A DNA stretch of 64,000 bases from Octopus bimaculoides (Eukaryota): the NCBI RefSeq assembly GCF_001194135.2, contig NC_068996.1:53725405-53789404 (forward strand), in the 5' to 3' direction. Position 1 is the first letter of the stretch; every line of letters begins with the position of its first letter. Positions 41,056-55,623 of the stretch are shown piece by piece. The position numbers were made by a program, and so were the translations under genes. The notes under the pieces were generated by a model. It saw nothing but the letters and a program-made list of their open reading frames with translations, did no database searches and was not told the DNA's origin.

Positions 41056-41260
41056 CACACACACACACACGAATCTGATGAAGTTCCATAATTTTTCCGA
41101 GAACAAGACTTTGATCTACCCAAGGGTATGGAATAGAAGCCGCCAAAAACTCAGGAGCATCTGATTGCGAAATGAGCATCCTAATCATGCAGTCATACCC
41201 GTACCCATGTATACATTACGCACATGCATACACAAATGTGTGTGTGTGTATGTATGCGCA

Positions 41261-41299
<39 letters not shown>

Positions 41300-42789
41300 T
41301 CATACATGCAGACATATAAATAATAAATACAACGTCGTGTTTTTTAATTGGCACCTTGAAGTATTTACTTTCCCATCTGGTTACATACACCAGAACATCT
41401 AATGTTTGCCGTTTTTATTTTATTTTTTAAATTTTATTTTATTTAATACTTACTCTTTGTTTTCTTTTCATTTATCTAATGTTATAACAGATTTTGTTTT
41501 TTAATTTCTTACTTGTAAGACATACCACATATGACGACATACATGACTTGAGGGAATATATTAGCTACTCTGAAAATATAATTTTAGGTTCTGAGGATTG
41601 CCACCGGATTTTGCATGTTTAGCTATGGCCCTGAATCTTCTAACAGCTAAACAAATACGAAGAACTTTGGGATTTTAAAAATATATATACATTCAAGCTA
41701 CTAAACAAATATTAGCGTCACTACCAAAAATGTTTGGAGTTTTAATGCCAGCTGCGACGTTCTCAGAGACTTCCAAGCCGAAACTTAAAAGCATAACTGA
41801 AAAATTAACATCAAGTTACACACAACTAGTTCAAATCAATATGTTTATAAGTAGAAATACATGTACACTTAATTTGTTAATAAAGCCATGTACTTAATGA
41901 CGGTCTATACGTAGAAGTATATTTATCAAGCGACAGTATGCCTAATAACAAGCGTATCGTTTGAGACGAAATAATCTCGGTTCATCTTATTTGAAATGAG
42001 CTTGAGCAGTGAGCTGATCATTGCAACAAGAAAACTGCGAAGTAGGGTTCAACTTGATACTCTCACATCGACACACACATACATACACAAATATATTCAT
42101 TGAAACACATTAATCACTTAAACACACAAATACATACAACAAACCTACACACGTGTATGAATGTAAATTGTATATATGTATACGCGGATGTATGAATGTA
42201 TGTATCTACATATACGCTCACCCAAACATATTACTTAGATATATGAATACTGTGTGTATTTGTGCAAGTGTATATATGCATGCATGCATGAGTGTAATAA
42301 ATGCAGAAGTATGTATTCGTCATTTTAATTCTTTGAACTCTTATAAAGATTATAAAGACGTGGTTGGTTTCTAGCAAACAACGGAATGTTTAATCTTGAA
42401 ATTTGCAAAAATTTTCCGTTCTGCTTACTGACTGAATAATAAATATGCTTTAGTTCGGTGGTTTTCTTTGCCTGAAAACCTCGACTTTTCTAGCTTATTA
42501 CTTAAAAACTTATTTACAAAACCAAGTTCGTCGATGATTAAAAGCAAAAATGTGAATTCATAAAATGGATTGAAATGTTATATTTCGATTATCTGTTCGT
42601 ATCCCTTGCCAACACACAGACACTTCAAAGAATCTCGATTTCTTTACTTCTCTCCAAACTTAGCCTCTATTCATCTATTACTCGTAGCTGTTTATTACTG
42701 CTTTAAAAAGTCTGCTTTAGTACACATCCATATACTGCATAATACTCTCACTTCTCGAAGACTGTAGCTCCTTAATGTGCTAAAGACAC

Positions 42790-42992
42790 ACATACCCATA
42801 ACGTAGTTCTTAAGGAGATTCGGTGTGACACTGAATGCGACAAGGTTGGCCCTCTTGAATTACGAGTACAACTTGGTTTTTGCCAGCTGAGTGGACCGGA
42901 GCAATCTGAAACAAAGTGCTTTGCTGGGAATCGAACTCACGACTTTACGATCGTGAGTCGAATATCCCTAACCACCAAGCCACGCACCTACT
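42790..42992 (-). mobile_element. SINE type F, partial
   Basis: TTTTTGCCAGCTGAGTGGACC...GGGAATCGAACTC...CCACCAAGCCACGC. Confidence 0.75.
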
Positions 42993-43389
42993 CACGGGCT
43001 TTATTTATCTCCTATCTGTCAGAAGCTTACTCTCAGATCATATAATCACAGTGTGTTCTGAGCGAGCAGTCTGTCCACTTGTCACTTTTAGTCTCTCAAA
43101 GTGTGATAATATCTTTCACACTCTTTTCCGTTTATGTTAGAAACCCGTTTGCTGTCACTTCTAATTGCGCTCAATCCAATGCCGATGGTTTTTCTTATTA
43201 AGCTTTCTCACACGTGCAGTCAAGACACAGCTTTAAATTTGCGCTACATCCATATAGAGAAATTCGGAAAACATCTTGTAGTAAGACATAACAAATCTTA
43301 CTGGCTGAGTGCCTTAAGACATGATCACTGATTATATCATAAAAATATTCCTTTATTTCACCTTCACTAACCATGAATTGCGCGCAATT

Positions 43390-43618
43390 AAAACTCCCAA
43401 ATATTGGCTTCAAAGTTTGGTACAAAACCTGCAGTTTTGGGGGAAGGGATAAATCAACTACATCGACTCCAGTACTCAACTGATGCTTATTTTATCGACC
43501 CCGGAAGGATTAAAGATAAAGTCGACTTTGACAGAATTTGAGCTCAGAACACGAAGACAGACGAAATGTCACTGAGCATTTTGGATGATGTGCTAACGAT
43601 TCTGCCAACTCTCCGCTT
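43390..43618 (-). mobile_element. SINE type A, diverged
   Basis: Reverse-complement match. Confidence 0.82.
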
Positions 43619-43639
43619 TAAAAGCTCTCAAATATTAAT

Positions 43640-44280
43640 ACTTATTAATCTCTGATGATCTTCCCCGCCAATCTCGTATATCTAACAAAGCTCTAAATCT
43701 GTGCCATAAGAACTCTCTCTTCAGGTCTAAAAAGTATTTCACCTACCGAATATTTCACTTAGCGAACTTGTATAAAGTTCAAGAGCTACAATGGAATACT
43801 GCTTTCAAATTAGGGATGTTGCTGAAATCTTTAGACGATCTTAAGGCATCATACGGATGAAGGTAGTTCGATTAACAAGCAAAAACTCACTAATATACTA
43901 CAACTTCTGGCCTATAGATGCGCTGTTTTTACTCTTCTTCTCTCTGTCTATTCTATTCTGTCATAACGGCTTCTTATTCCTGTCTAGCTGCTTAACACGT
44001 CCACCCAAGCCCACCCATTAAACTCGTCTCCCCCATGCTGTGTCTCACCACCCAGACTCCGCACTAACTCAGTGCCTCTTCTGCAGAACATCAATTCTTA
44101 AAAAAACCCTTCTCCACCGTATCTATCTTTTCTTTTTCTTTAGACATGACTTACAGATGTTCAAGTTTAACGTAAACCACACATATCTCACTAGTGATGG
44201 AGAGCCTGCAGGGAAACTGAACCCATTCCATCCCCTTTCTTATGACTAACCATTAAAATAAAAACAACGCCAAGTGATGT
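43640..44280 (+). mobile_element. CR1/L2-group LINE 3' relic
   Basis: Frameshifted fragments LAYRCAV...LCLFYS, then HHPDSALTQCLFCRTSIL...DLQMFKFNVNH; same kind of element as 16255-16620. Confidence 0.55.
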
Positions 44281-44430
44281 CGAATACAGTGTTGCTGTTT
44301 AAACTTGTGAACACCATTCATTGCAGCAACTTCACCATCAACAACAATAATACAATAACAACGAATGCAATGCACCACATAGTGATTGTATCAACAATTT
44401 CTAACATATGTGCAACGTAATGAAAATAGT

Positions 44431-45010
44431 AATAATAATTTCTTTTATTGGCCACAAGGGCCCAAAAACATGGAGGACAATATCGAAGGACGAGTTACAG
44501 CACACAAACAACAAAACAAAAAACTAAAACACAAGCACAGGTGGCGTTTACATTGAAAAAAGGCAGATAATACCACATTAAAGAAAATAACGGGATGTAT
44601 TATAGAAATTAGAGAAATAAATGGTAAACAAATAAATAATTAGAATACCCCACTTAGGGTAATTCGGGGAGGAAAGTTCCCTCTTCTAGTTTCTTTCCTC
44701 CTGCTTATGAAAGCCTCCCCAGAGCCGATCCATTCAGTCTCGCCAGTCTTACCATTGTTGACCACCTTTTGGTAAACATCCCAGAACGCAGCACCTCATT
44801 CTCTACCCTCATCTTCCTCTTCAAGTGATATTTGATAAATAAAAAAAAAAAAACACTGATGAGGGCTTAGATAGTAATGTGCCTGTCTTCAAACCTTTCT
44901 GATGGTTCCACCACACAGCCTTTTTTTGCCAAAGGAACTAAGCAGAGAAAGATCTGCTTTCCTTCTCTGCTAAGGAATGGTGGTGCGTGAATCTTCACTA
45001 TACATTCCGC
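44431..45010 (-). mobile_element. L1/Tx1-like LINE 3' end
   Basis: ...KYHLKRKMRVENEVLRSGMFTKRW...*; tail GGGCCCTTGTGGCCAATAAAAGAAATTATT; (ATT)n on both flanks in element orientation. Confidence 0.72.
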
Positions 45011-45019
45011 AGACAATAA

Positions 45020-45412
45020 TAATCTTTTCAACTATAGGCACAAACCTTGCGTGAGGAGACTAGTCAATTACATCGATCCCAATGCTCAACTGGTACTTAT
45101 TTTAATCGACCCCAAAAGGATGAAAAGCAAAGTCGACTTCGGCGGAATTTGAACTCAGAACGTAAAGACAGACGAAATGCCGCTAAACGTTTCGGCCAAT
45201 TCTTTGTTATAGGTACAAGTCCTGGAATTTTGGGGGAGGGGAATAGTCGAGTACATTGACACCAATGTTTCACTGGTACTTATTTTATCGACCCCGGAAG
45301 TATAAAAGACATATCCAACCTTGACGGAGTTCGAACTCAAATTGTAAAGACAGACGAAATGCTGCTATGCATTTCGCCCGATGTGCAAACGATTCTGCCA
45401 CCTCGTCGCCTT
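45020..45412 (-). mobile_element. Two tandem SINE type A copies
   Basis: Reverse-complement consensus matches; CpGs retained. Confidence 0.9.
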
Positions 45413-45459
45413 CAATAATCACAATAATAATAATAATAATGATAATAATAATAAATAAT

Positions 45460-46355
45460 ATCTTGATGTGAGTTCACCATGTCGCGCACATATGATTGTG
45501 ATGCATGTGCTTGGTGTACCCTTATCAGACGGGTAGTCATGATGGGTATAATGGGCTTCGCATATTTGTACCTNNNNNNNNNNNNNNNNNNNNNNNNNNN
45601 NNNNNNNNNNNNNNNNNNNNNNNNNNNNNNNNNNNNNNNNNNTTCACCATGTCGCGCACATATGATTGTGATGCATGTGCTTGGTGTACCCTTATCAGAC
45701 GGGTAGTCATGATGGGTATAATGGGCTTCGCATATTTGTACCTTAGTGTCACTTTGATGGCATGTTCTCTCATTCAATAATAATTATGCCCGGATGCAGT
45801 ACCAGGCAGTGGCTCTCATGGCTTCTGATCTTAATTGATTGGAAGTGTTATCATGTACATTGTTTTGTCTTGGTATAAAAAGATGGGTTACAGCAAATAT
45901 TCTGCTCAATACCACAGATTTGCTTGTCAGTTGTTTGACCTTAACCAGTTGCGCATGTCCATAGGTGGCTGACGATATGTGCATCTCTGATCATGAGCAG
46001 AAGTAGTAGGGGAGCATCATAGCCATGTGTTGAGAGGAATTCTTTGGGTTTTGGATAATTCACCCTTGGAAACGTGGGTGTTTCGTTCAACATCCTTAAA
46101 ACAAACCTTATTCAGGGACCTTTTGATTGGGATGGGCTACTCAACCTGAAAAAAATTCTAACTGGGTCCCACCTGCGAGGTCATGCGCTGTTTATCTTGA
46201 TATGACATTATCATGTCGTGCACATATGGTTGTGATGCATGTGCCTGGTGTACCCTTACCAGACGGGTAGTCATGCTGGGTATCCTGGGCTCTGTATATA
46301 AATGTACCCCAGTGTCACATTGATGGCATGCACTGCTCTCTCACTCAATAATAAT
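45460..46355 (+). mobile_element. Non-coding retroposon-like element with (AAT)n tail: truncated copy followed by a longer copy
   Basis: The roughly 160-bp end module CATGTCG(C/T)GCACATATG...GATGGCATG...TCAATAATAAT occurs at 45460-45785 and 46195-46355; 45473-45573 is also re-read across a gap. Confidence 0.65.
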
Positions 46356-48309
46356 AATCCTTTCTACTACAAGCACAAAGCTTGAAATTTTTGGAAGGGG
46401 TCTAGTTGATTACATCAACCCCAGTGCTCGACTGGTACTTATTTTTGTTACAAATGTAGAAGGGTACACATTTTGTGAACATGTTCAGTTAATGATATAT
46501 CAACCCTTCGTGATTTGAACTCAAAATGTCCACTGTTTTAATGATTCAGCCACTCTACAAAGCCAGTCAGCGAAGCCCGTCTGAAAGTCGCTCGACATAC
46601 TAGAAATAGCTAAATCTCCCTCAAATAACCATGTACTCTTTTGAAAAACAATCCATTGGACAATCTGGTCCTGGATACACAAACAGGCGGATGGTCATAA
46701 CTGGAACGTCTTCAATCATATCTGTTCGATCTGGTCTGACTTGGGATTAACTTTGCCTAAACATTCTGTTTCTAATGGATGCTTGCTACTGATGATATGC
46801 AAATATGCAGAAATCTAGGTTTAGCTGTTCTTCTGACAGTACTTTTTCGTCTGTTACCGATACACTTCAGTGCTTTTTAGCAACAATATACATCGGTATA
46901 AGCAGCTTTTTCATGACAAATATTGTAGCTTTGTGGCTTTCGATAATGAATCCACTTTAAGTAAGATAAACTGAATACTGAATGATAAATATTCGTATTG
47001 TCAAGGATATAGAATCTTTATTAGTCGGTAGTATTCATGAAAAGTCCGGGAAGCCGGTGAACGTTAATTTGGATAAAAACTATGAAAACTAATTCTGAGA
47101 GAACCTCTTCTGTGAGTTCCTTGCCCTACCTGGAAATGATTAAAAAAACAAGTCATTCTGTATATTATCTCCTGATGGCCTGGTGGGTGGGCATCGTGGA
47201 TTTTGACGATAAACTGAAAACTCAGCTGTTAAGTTTTATCTGTAACAACAAAAGCCCTTTTATAAACTTATTTTCCCACAAAAGAAAAAAAAAAGAAGAA
47301 AAGAAAAAGTTTCTCTCCCCGAAATAACAACAAAAACAATAACGTAGCAACAACTTCAACAATTAACTCGAAAATGTTGGTAACTAACGATCAAACTTTA
47401 AACAGCTGGGNNNNNNNNNNNNNNNNNNNGAAATGTCAGCATCGCTGGCCTGGTGGGGATGAGCAGTAAAGTAGGTGAACCCTGTCTCATCAGCCAAACA
47501 CGCCACGAAAGATGTAGACTATTACAAGAATATTGTAAAGTCTACTCCAGTACGAAATCAACCATAATTCAAACTCTAAAATGTGACACAAATGTTCAAG
47601 CGAATGCATACTCACACACACGCATGCACAAAATCCACACACGCGCGCACACACTCTTTTATAAACAAGTCATAACATCAACTTAACTCGTCAAATTTGT
47701 ACCCAGAAAATATCAGAACAGAGTATCTCTTTTTTGCATGTATTTCTTATTTCCTCATATTTTTTTTTAATATCTATTACGCCCATCTGTCTGCAATTGC
47801 TCTGTTCTACATCTATCTCTTCATTTGCTAACTCGACTCTGTTTTCTGTACTGTCTGTTTCTTAATTTCACTCTCTCACCTCATTCCGTTGTCTAAAACT
47901 GAAATAGGTCACTGCTATTCTGCTGGTAAGAAGTATAATTTCGGGAAAAAAGACGGAATTTGGATTTCAACCACGTTGATTATTCTGAAATATAAACTGA
48001 CATGTATACGATTTCAGTGATGCAAACTCTGATAATTTTTAATAGTTAAACAGACATGGACGCAACATATAAAATCCAGAGATTAGATATGAAGTGTAGG
48101 TTTTAATTACATCAGATTTTCATTCGTTTATTGTTTAAAACAAACATTCAAGTTAATATTGAAGCATAAAAAACTGCAGATAAATTTGAAACAAATTTTA
48201 TTCTGACGAAATTGGAAAATATTTTTCAATTGTCACAAGTCCATCATAGAGAGCTTCTCAGTGGTAAACGAAGGCTAATACATGCTAAAATACTTTTCAT
48301 CTGGAACTT

Positions 48310-48520
48310 CGGTTCTTGGGGACAGTATCAGAAGGTATCGAGAGAAATATAACAGAAATCAGAATAGAGTGCCCAGTAGAAAGGTTTGCCTCTTTGACAC
48401 AGCCAGAATAATCAGAAAAGTATTAGATAGTTGAAAAGAACAGATAGTGATGCCATAGGCTTCAGGAGTTGCAACAAAACCTGAGATAAAAATAACAAAT
48501 AATAATAATAATAATAATGA
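48310..48520 (+). mobile_element. RLE-LINE 3' end fragment with (AAT)n tail
   Basis: VLGTVSEGIERNI...ARIIRKVLDS* resembles the GALG...GTARILRKVL terminus. Confidence 0.6.
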
Positions 48521-48527
48521 TAGGTTT

Positions 48528-51510
48528 GAAATTACTGAACAGAGATTATGTGACCAAGGAAGAGCAATACGAAAGAATGGATGGTTAACAGAATTGGAGC
48601 TAGAAGGTATTAAAAGGATGATATCGGGTGAGGATGGGTGTGTGAGAAATGAAAGTGGTATAGTAGAAGAGATGGACAGTTGTTTGCAAGAATATGCTAC
48701 TGTGAATTGTGAAAGAATTGAGATCAGTGACTACTCAAACAATGAAGATTGATTAACAATAGACAGAATTTTGGATCTTTTATATACAGAAGGTACAGAG
48801 TTTATGTGCGACTTTAAGAAGGATAACGAATGGAGATTAAATCAAGAGATGAATAAAGGTGATGATGTATTGAGACACATTGAAACAAAGAACATCATAC
48901 AAACAATCTTATCAAGGCTGCTGGTAGGATTGTGGCAGAAAGGATAGGATTGAAAACTTAAGAAGAAATATGGTGTAGATACAAAAGGCCTGAATGTTGT
49001 AATTGAAGAACTGAAGTAGCACATACATGCAAAAAAAGGGAAAGCTAACTAGGTTTGAATAATGGATTAAGCAATACCAGAAAAACAAATTGTTTAGAAC
49101 CGACCATAAAAGATTTTATCAAGAGATTAATGATGACAGAAAACGTGAAAGATTAGTTCCTGATGCTGATGAAAGAATAGCATAATACTACAGCTGAATG
49201 GTTCTGCAGCCTGAAGCAAACAACTTCTTATCCCCAGAAAGAGGCTATCCACTTCACAGAAGAGAGTATCAGAAATATGAGTAAAAAGATAAGCAATTGG
49301 ATAAAGTAGTTGAGTAGTTGCCATAAATTAATCGCAGAGCAATTTAATGCATTGATCAATGGAGAATAAGAAATCCTGGGTTGGTTGACAAAAGGACGAT
49401 CGGTGTTGTGCCTGAAGGATGCATCACAGAGAAATGCTGCTGACAATTACAGACCAATTCCCTGCCTCCCATTAATGTGGAAGTTACTGTCAGGAAGAAT
49501 TGCAGAAGAACTAAATAAATTTTTTGATGAGAATGATATATTACCAACGGAACAAAAAGGCTGATGCAGAGGTACCAAAGATCAACTATTGATGTTGGTA
49601 TTGCAAAATGGTATTGCAAGATTGTAAACGAAGGAGAACAAATCTGGGAATGGCCTGGATTTACTATCATAAAGCTTATGATATGATTCCATGTTTGTGG
49701 ATCATTGAGTGCTTAAATCTGTTTGGAATTGTGAGGAATGTAATGTGTCTCCTGAAGAGAAGTATGGTGAGATGGAAAACTGAACTGACATCTTACGGAA
49801 AAAGCTTGGGTACCCTGGGTATCAGAAGAGGAATTTTCCAGGGTGACAGCCTATCTCCATTGCTTTTTGTTCTCTGCATGATACCACTGACCTTGGTACT
49901 TAGGAAAATGAACCTGGGAAATCAACTAAAGGGAAAATCCCAAATAATTAACCATTTCCTCTTCATGGATGATTTGAAACTTTATGGCAAAGATGAGACA
50001 CAAGTGGGTTTCTTGGAGAACACAGTTCACTATTTTAGTACTGATATTAGATTATAATTTGGACTCAAGGTGTGTGGAATAATCTATCTAAAAAGAGGCA
50101 AGGTACAGTCCCTAGCAGGGATAGAATTACCAAATAGAGACTTAATCAAGCAAATTGAAATGGAAGGATACAAATACCTTGGTGTACCAGAGTTCAACGA
50201 AATGATGGAAAAGGAAATGAAAGAGAAACTGAGGATGGAGTATTTTTGAAGACTGAGGCTGGTGTTGTGCTCAAAATTGACTGGATGGAATAAAGTCCAA
50301 GTAGTTAATATGTGGGAGATTGCATCACTTTGGTATGGAGCAGGAATTATAAAATGGCAAAAGAGAGAAATGAAGAAAATGGATACCAAAACCAGAAAAA
50401 TGTTGACGATACACAAAGCCTTCCACTCTAAGAGTGACACCGATAGGCTGTACTTGTCCAGAAGAAAGGGTGGGGGAGGTTTGATCAGTTGTTAGAATTG
50501 TATCGAGGCAGAGAAAAACAACTGTGGAGCCACTGTTATAACACATGAAGAAGGTGTAAACAAAACTGAAAATTGTGTGATGACAGACGAATTTAAACAA
50601 GAAATGAACAAAAAAGAAAAAGAAAAACCATGGAAGGAAAGGAAAATATGCAGTCAGTTTGCAAGAGATGTGAATGCCAAGACAGATATGGCTATGGATG
50701 AGGAGGAGTGATGTGAAGATAGAGACAGAAGCACTCATATGTGCAGCTCAGGAACTAGTGTTAAGGATCAGCTATATGAAGTGCAGAATTGACAACATTA
50801 CCGATAGCAACAAATACAGAATGTGTGGTGAGAGGGGTGAAACAGTATGGCACATCATAAGTGAATGCTCGAAATTGGCACAACATAAATACAAAAGATG
50901 CCATGACATTGAGGCAGAAATGATCCAATGGGAACTCTGTAGAAAACATGGCCTACAAAGAGATGTGGTATGAACAAACCCCAGAAGGAGTCACTGAAAA
51001 TGAGAACTGGAAAATCCTGTGGAATGCAATGGCCCAGTGTGATCCCCTGACCAGACATCAGAAACCAGACTTTGTTGTGGTGAATAAAAAAGAAAGAACA
51101 TACATGATAATCAACATAACATGTCCCGGTAACAACAGGATCAATTTGAAAGAAGAAGAAGAAGAAGAAAAAACAAATAAACAACTGTGATGATTCGAAG
51201 TGGGAAATACGAAGGTTATGGTCAATGAGGAGAGCAGACGTGATACCAATAGTAATTGGTGCAGTTGGAAGTATCAGCGCTCAACTACCAACGTGGCCGA
51301 AAAAGATTGGTACAAGTGTGAAGGTAGAACACCTACAAAACTCTGCATTGCTTGGAACTGTAAGAATTCTTCACAGGGTTTTTGAAGAAGCATGACCAGT
51401 AAACAAATGTCACCTTAGTCTGCTGGCTGTGGACAGCTGACACTTTCCATCATACCCAGCAATATAAGCTGTGAGTTTTTAACACATAATAATAATAATA
51501 ATAATTATTA
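48528..51510 (+). mobile_element. Near full-ORF R4/Dong-like non-LTR retrotransposon (RT plus RLE), inactivated
   Basis: N-terminal [18 protein letters not shown]; RT motifs [39 protein letters not shown]; DRLYLSRRKGG; zinc knuckle RMCGERGETVWHIISEC...HD; endonuclease KPDFVV. Many stops and frameshifts; flanked by (AAT)n on both sides. Confidence 0.92.
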
Positions 51511-51529
51511 TAATAATCATAATAATGAT

Positions 51530-51660
51530 AATCCTTTCTAATATAGGCACAAGGCCTGAAATTTCAGGGGAGAGGATAAGTCGATTACATTGACCCCAGT
51601 GTTTCACTGGTACTTAATTTATTGGCCCTGAAAGGATAAAAGGAAAAGTTGACCTTGGTG

Positions 51661-51665
<5 letters not shown>
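51530..51665 (-). mobile_element. SINE type A 3' part, CpG-decayed
   Basis: Consensus CG sites read TG/CA (ACATTGACCCC, ATTGGCCCTG, GTTGACCTTGG). Confidence 0.85.
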
Positions 51666-51699
<34 letters not shown>

Positions 51700-51930
51700 G
51701 GCTGCAGAACAAGTCAGTGAGACATAAAGAAAGTATGGAGTAGCTAACAAAAGTGGAAAGACAACTAGCAAACTGCACCAAGACAAAAATATGTCAGAAT
51801 TAATCTATATACAGTAAGACAGAAGTTTTAAAAAATAGCAAATTGGAAAGGACCAGGTCTGGATGGAGTACAAGGCTATTAACTGAAGAACTTTACACAG
51901 TTGCATGAAAGGATCGCTGTGCAAATGTTT
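51700..51930 (+). mobile_element. RLE-LINE RT-proximal fragment
   Basis: KIANWKGPGLDGVQGY*LKNFTQLHERIA. Confidence 0.7.
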
Positions 51931-52621
51931 TGTGTGTGGTGAGATATTTTGAGAGTGCCTGAAGACTTCCGTTTTACGTTTGTAAATGTACAACTGTTAA
52001 CTAAGCAGTTTGTTTAGTTGACAGTTGTACTATTTCTATGTTGAACCCTTTCTCAACTAGGAATGAGGAAATAAATGCTAACAACAGTTATTTTATTTCC
52101 TTTGAAATTATAATTCATCATAAACCATTTATCAAGATAACACCTGAATTCTGAAGTCATTTAGCAAGCATAGTTCTAAAAAAACTTGAAGTAATTTTGT
52201 TGTATTTATTAATTATATCTCAAAGAAATTGTGAAGACTTTGGTGCATCACCAGTCAGGCTCTTGTTTTCTTTGTTTAGATTTTGGCAGCTGGTTTCCTG
52301 GGAATGGCTGATAAGGGCATTTGCTTACTCTTGCAGTGTGGGTATGTTATGTGAAATTATTTTTGTGATGTATTTTAACGGATGTTGCTGTTAATTACTT
52401 TGGTGTTTTCTTGTTTGGCTCTTTATTTTGATTACAGTGTTTGCTAGTTTTCTCTTTTCCTATGGTTTATTTCATTTATTAGCTTTTTGGTTGCTTGATA
52501 TTTATTTCTAATTATGTTTTGTGTGGTGTTAGTGCATAATATTCAAGGTTTTTCCTGGTTTTTATCATGCTTACATTTTCAGATGTGTAACTGGGTTTGC
52601 CTTGCAGGATATGTTTTTTAA

Positions 52622-52838
52622 CCCTTTAGCATTTAAACCAGCCATATCCAGCCCTAATCTTACACCTGTTTTATGTTTAAACTGGCCAGATCTAGCCTAT
52701 CCCATACCTATTCTACAATGTCATTGCAAAAATATACAGTTGCATCATCAAAATTTCAAAGCTGTGAGATAACATGATTAACAGAAAATAATGTGAAAAA
52801 GAATAAGCATTACATTTGACAGAATGAATGCTATAGGG
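52622..52838. mobile_element. piggyBac-like MITE (family I)
   Basis: TTAA|CCCTTTAGCATT ... AATGCTATAGGG|TTAA; further copies at about 53105-53300 (inverted) and 57505-57733. Confidence 0.85.
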
Positions 52839-53104
52839 TTAAAGTACTTTTCTAATTATTTTGGTAGATGTGTGTAATGCAGAGTCTATGCTTGTGGTTG
52901 AGGTGTTGTTGTTCTGTTAACCTTAACAATGTCCTAATGGAAGTGACTTTTTAAAAGTTTGTGAAAGTGTTTTCATTGACATGTGAACGTAGTAAGGTTT
53001 CCAATTTCAATTCAATTTATTTATTTTGGTGAGAAAAAAATCATGCTAAACAAAATTCCATAAGATGAAAAATGTATCAACAGATAAAAAGAGAAAAAAA
53101 ATAT

Positions 53105-53300
53105 TTGTTCTTTTAGCATTCAGATTGCTCAATCAAATGTTATTCACATGGTCTTGACGACTTAATCATGCATTATATCTTGTAGCTTTGAGATTTTGAT
53201 GAGTTGATTGTTTATTTTTAGAATGACATTGAAGGGTAGGTGTGAGAGGCCAGATCTGGCAGAATATTTGGGCTGGATATGACTGGTTTAAACGCTAAGT
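53105..53300 (-). mobile_element. Family I MITE, inverted copy
   Basis: GTAGGTGTGAGAGGCCAGATCTGG...GGATATGACTGGTTTAAACGCTAAG is the reverse complement of the family I body. Confidence 0.75.
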
Positions 53301-55403
53301 GGTTATGACTGAGAGTCCATGGCAAAATCATGATTGATGATGAAGTAACAGTGGCTCACTTGCACTTGATGACTTAAGAGTTATTCTTAACGGCACCAGG
53401 TTGACCAGTGCATGTAACACTGTAAACTGGAATTATGTCCCTACACAAATAAAGTAAAAAACAAAACAAAATATAACACAATAGTGGACTAAATGTTTAA
53501 TGTGTTGATCAATGATGCTTTGAGTACTGTACTTGAAACCCTACACTTTGAATGTTCATTGTACTTAAGCCATCGAGTACATTTTTACATAACTCCTACT
53601 TGTTTATGGATAGATAACATGATCAAAATTCAAAGAGAAAAAAAAAAAATTACTGATGGAAGAAAAACAAAACAAAAAAAAACAGGATTAAAAAGATTAC
53701 AATTTCTAATTTTTGATAAATACCATAATTTTAGAAATAAATACAGTATGAATCTGTTTAAGAAGCAAATCAACTGTTGGTCTCAATAATGCTTGCTTTC
53801 ATAAGAAGACTTCCAAGAAAACCTCTGAAGGTTGTTATTTATAAATATGTACAAAGGTGAATGCAGTGGTTGCTGAGTTTCTAACTGGCCAAGTGCAAAT
53901 ATAAAGAAGGACCAAATGTAATGATTGGTCTGAGGAAATGTCGAGTTCTGTTTACTCTTTAACTGAAGAGTGATAATAGCAGTATTTCTTATTTCTATTG
54001 CAGTTGCCTCTCTTATAGTTTTGTTTGTTTTGTTTTGTTTGGCAAGGGTAAAAGCTATTGGCTGTTTCTCTTCAACGGAGAAATGCTGGATAAAAGCCAG
54101 TGAATTTACAAATTTAAAGTTGTCACTTTTCAGATTATTCCACCTGTGGCGTTTAACTATGTATTCTTCTGACCATTAATGTGTGCCAAATTTTCATTGA
54201 GTTTTAGCCATGACAATCTCTCTTTCTTTCATGGCACATTATATCTAGGACTACTTTATTCAGGGTGAAATTTGAAGGTATCTCATCCAGCTAATTTCTA
54301 CAGGGTCAGATACCTGGAAGCTCTCCAGTAGTTCTCTCATTTAGTAAATCTAAGGAATTAGAAAATGGTGATTTGGATGATGGTATGGAGCCTGAATTGA
54401 TGTCTGTGGTATTCAATTCATTGTGTTTTGTTAAGCAGAACACTTAATTGCAAGCAGTGCTAGTGCAGGGTTTGTAATATTTACATTAATAAAGGCGCTA
54501 ATTAAATTATGTTTTAATTTCATTCCATATGCTGTAAGAAAATATAAACCCTCACATTCTATGCTTTAGACTGAGAAAAACAAATATTATTCCTTCACTA
54601 TTTATTGCAACGAGAAGAAAAGTATTTGCAAAAGAAATTTTATAAAAATTAACAACAAAACTTTGCAATAGAAACATTAACTTAATTTAGTTTTAATTTC
54701 CTTGTAATTTTATATTTTAGTGGTTTGACATAAGCAAATGTATTGAACTTATCATGCTATATTCTTGCTATAGTTGGAATAAGTTAAATGGTATCTCTGC
54801 TCGATTTCTGGTCAAGTGGTAATGAGCTGCACACTTAGAAATGCAGCAAATTCTTTTTGTTAGTTTGCCTTCAATTATTATTCTTGAGCTGTATATATAA
54901 CAGTTTAATTTTTTTGCACAGAGGCCCAGGCAGAAGGTAGATTTAGACAGGGGGCCTCAGCTCTGAGAGGGTTAATGCTCAACAATAGTTCCTGTTCTAT
55001 GTTCTTTGGAGAAAACCTATTCATCACATACATTTTAAAACGATCAACTGCTTATAAATAAATTTATGAGATTTCTACTTTTCGAAGCAATATTCTAAGT
55101 ATTTGTCCATTATTAGAAAATAAAACTGTAACTGCACGATGGGCCAATGAGGGAATCTCTGTGAGGTCATCTGATCTGCTAAAAATAGCAGCCAAATGTA
55201 CCTAAAATCAAACCCTACTATCTAAAAAATAAGAGGAGTACACTTTGGATCTGGGTCCACATACACATTATCTTTTAAAAGAACAGGTTTTGCTCATGAG
55301 TGAAATGATTTTGATTATAAGTCTACTCAGTCAGATCTGACATGTGGCTAACAACCACTGCTGCTGCTGCTGCCACCGCCACTGCCACCTCTGCCACCAC
55401 CAC

Positions 55404-55623
55404 CATTTGTTACCATATTTCTGTTGAGATGCTCTGTGTTACTTTCAATTAATTCTAAATATAACAAAGAATTTAGTAAAATAACTTAGTTATCATTAAG
55501 CTAGTGTTAGGAACATAAATTGTGACTAAGGTTTGGTGGAAGATTCTAATTCAGAACTTATGAAAACAAGACATTTGTACTACGGAGCCAGAACCGATTT
55601 CAGCTGGATTGGAAGCGAAAGGG
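55404..55623. mobile_element. piggyBac-like MITE (family H), second copy
   Basis: Colinear with 21516-21734; right end AAAGGG|TTAA intact, left end damaged. Confidence 0.85.
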
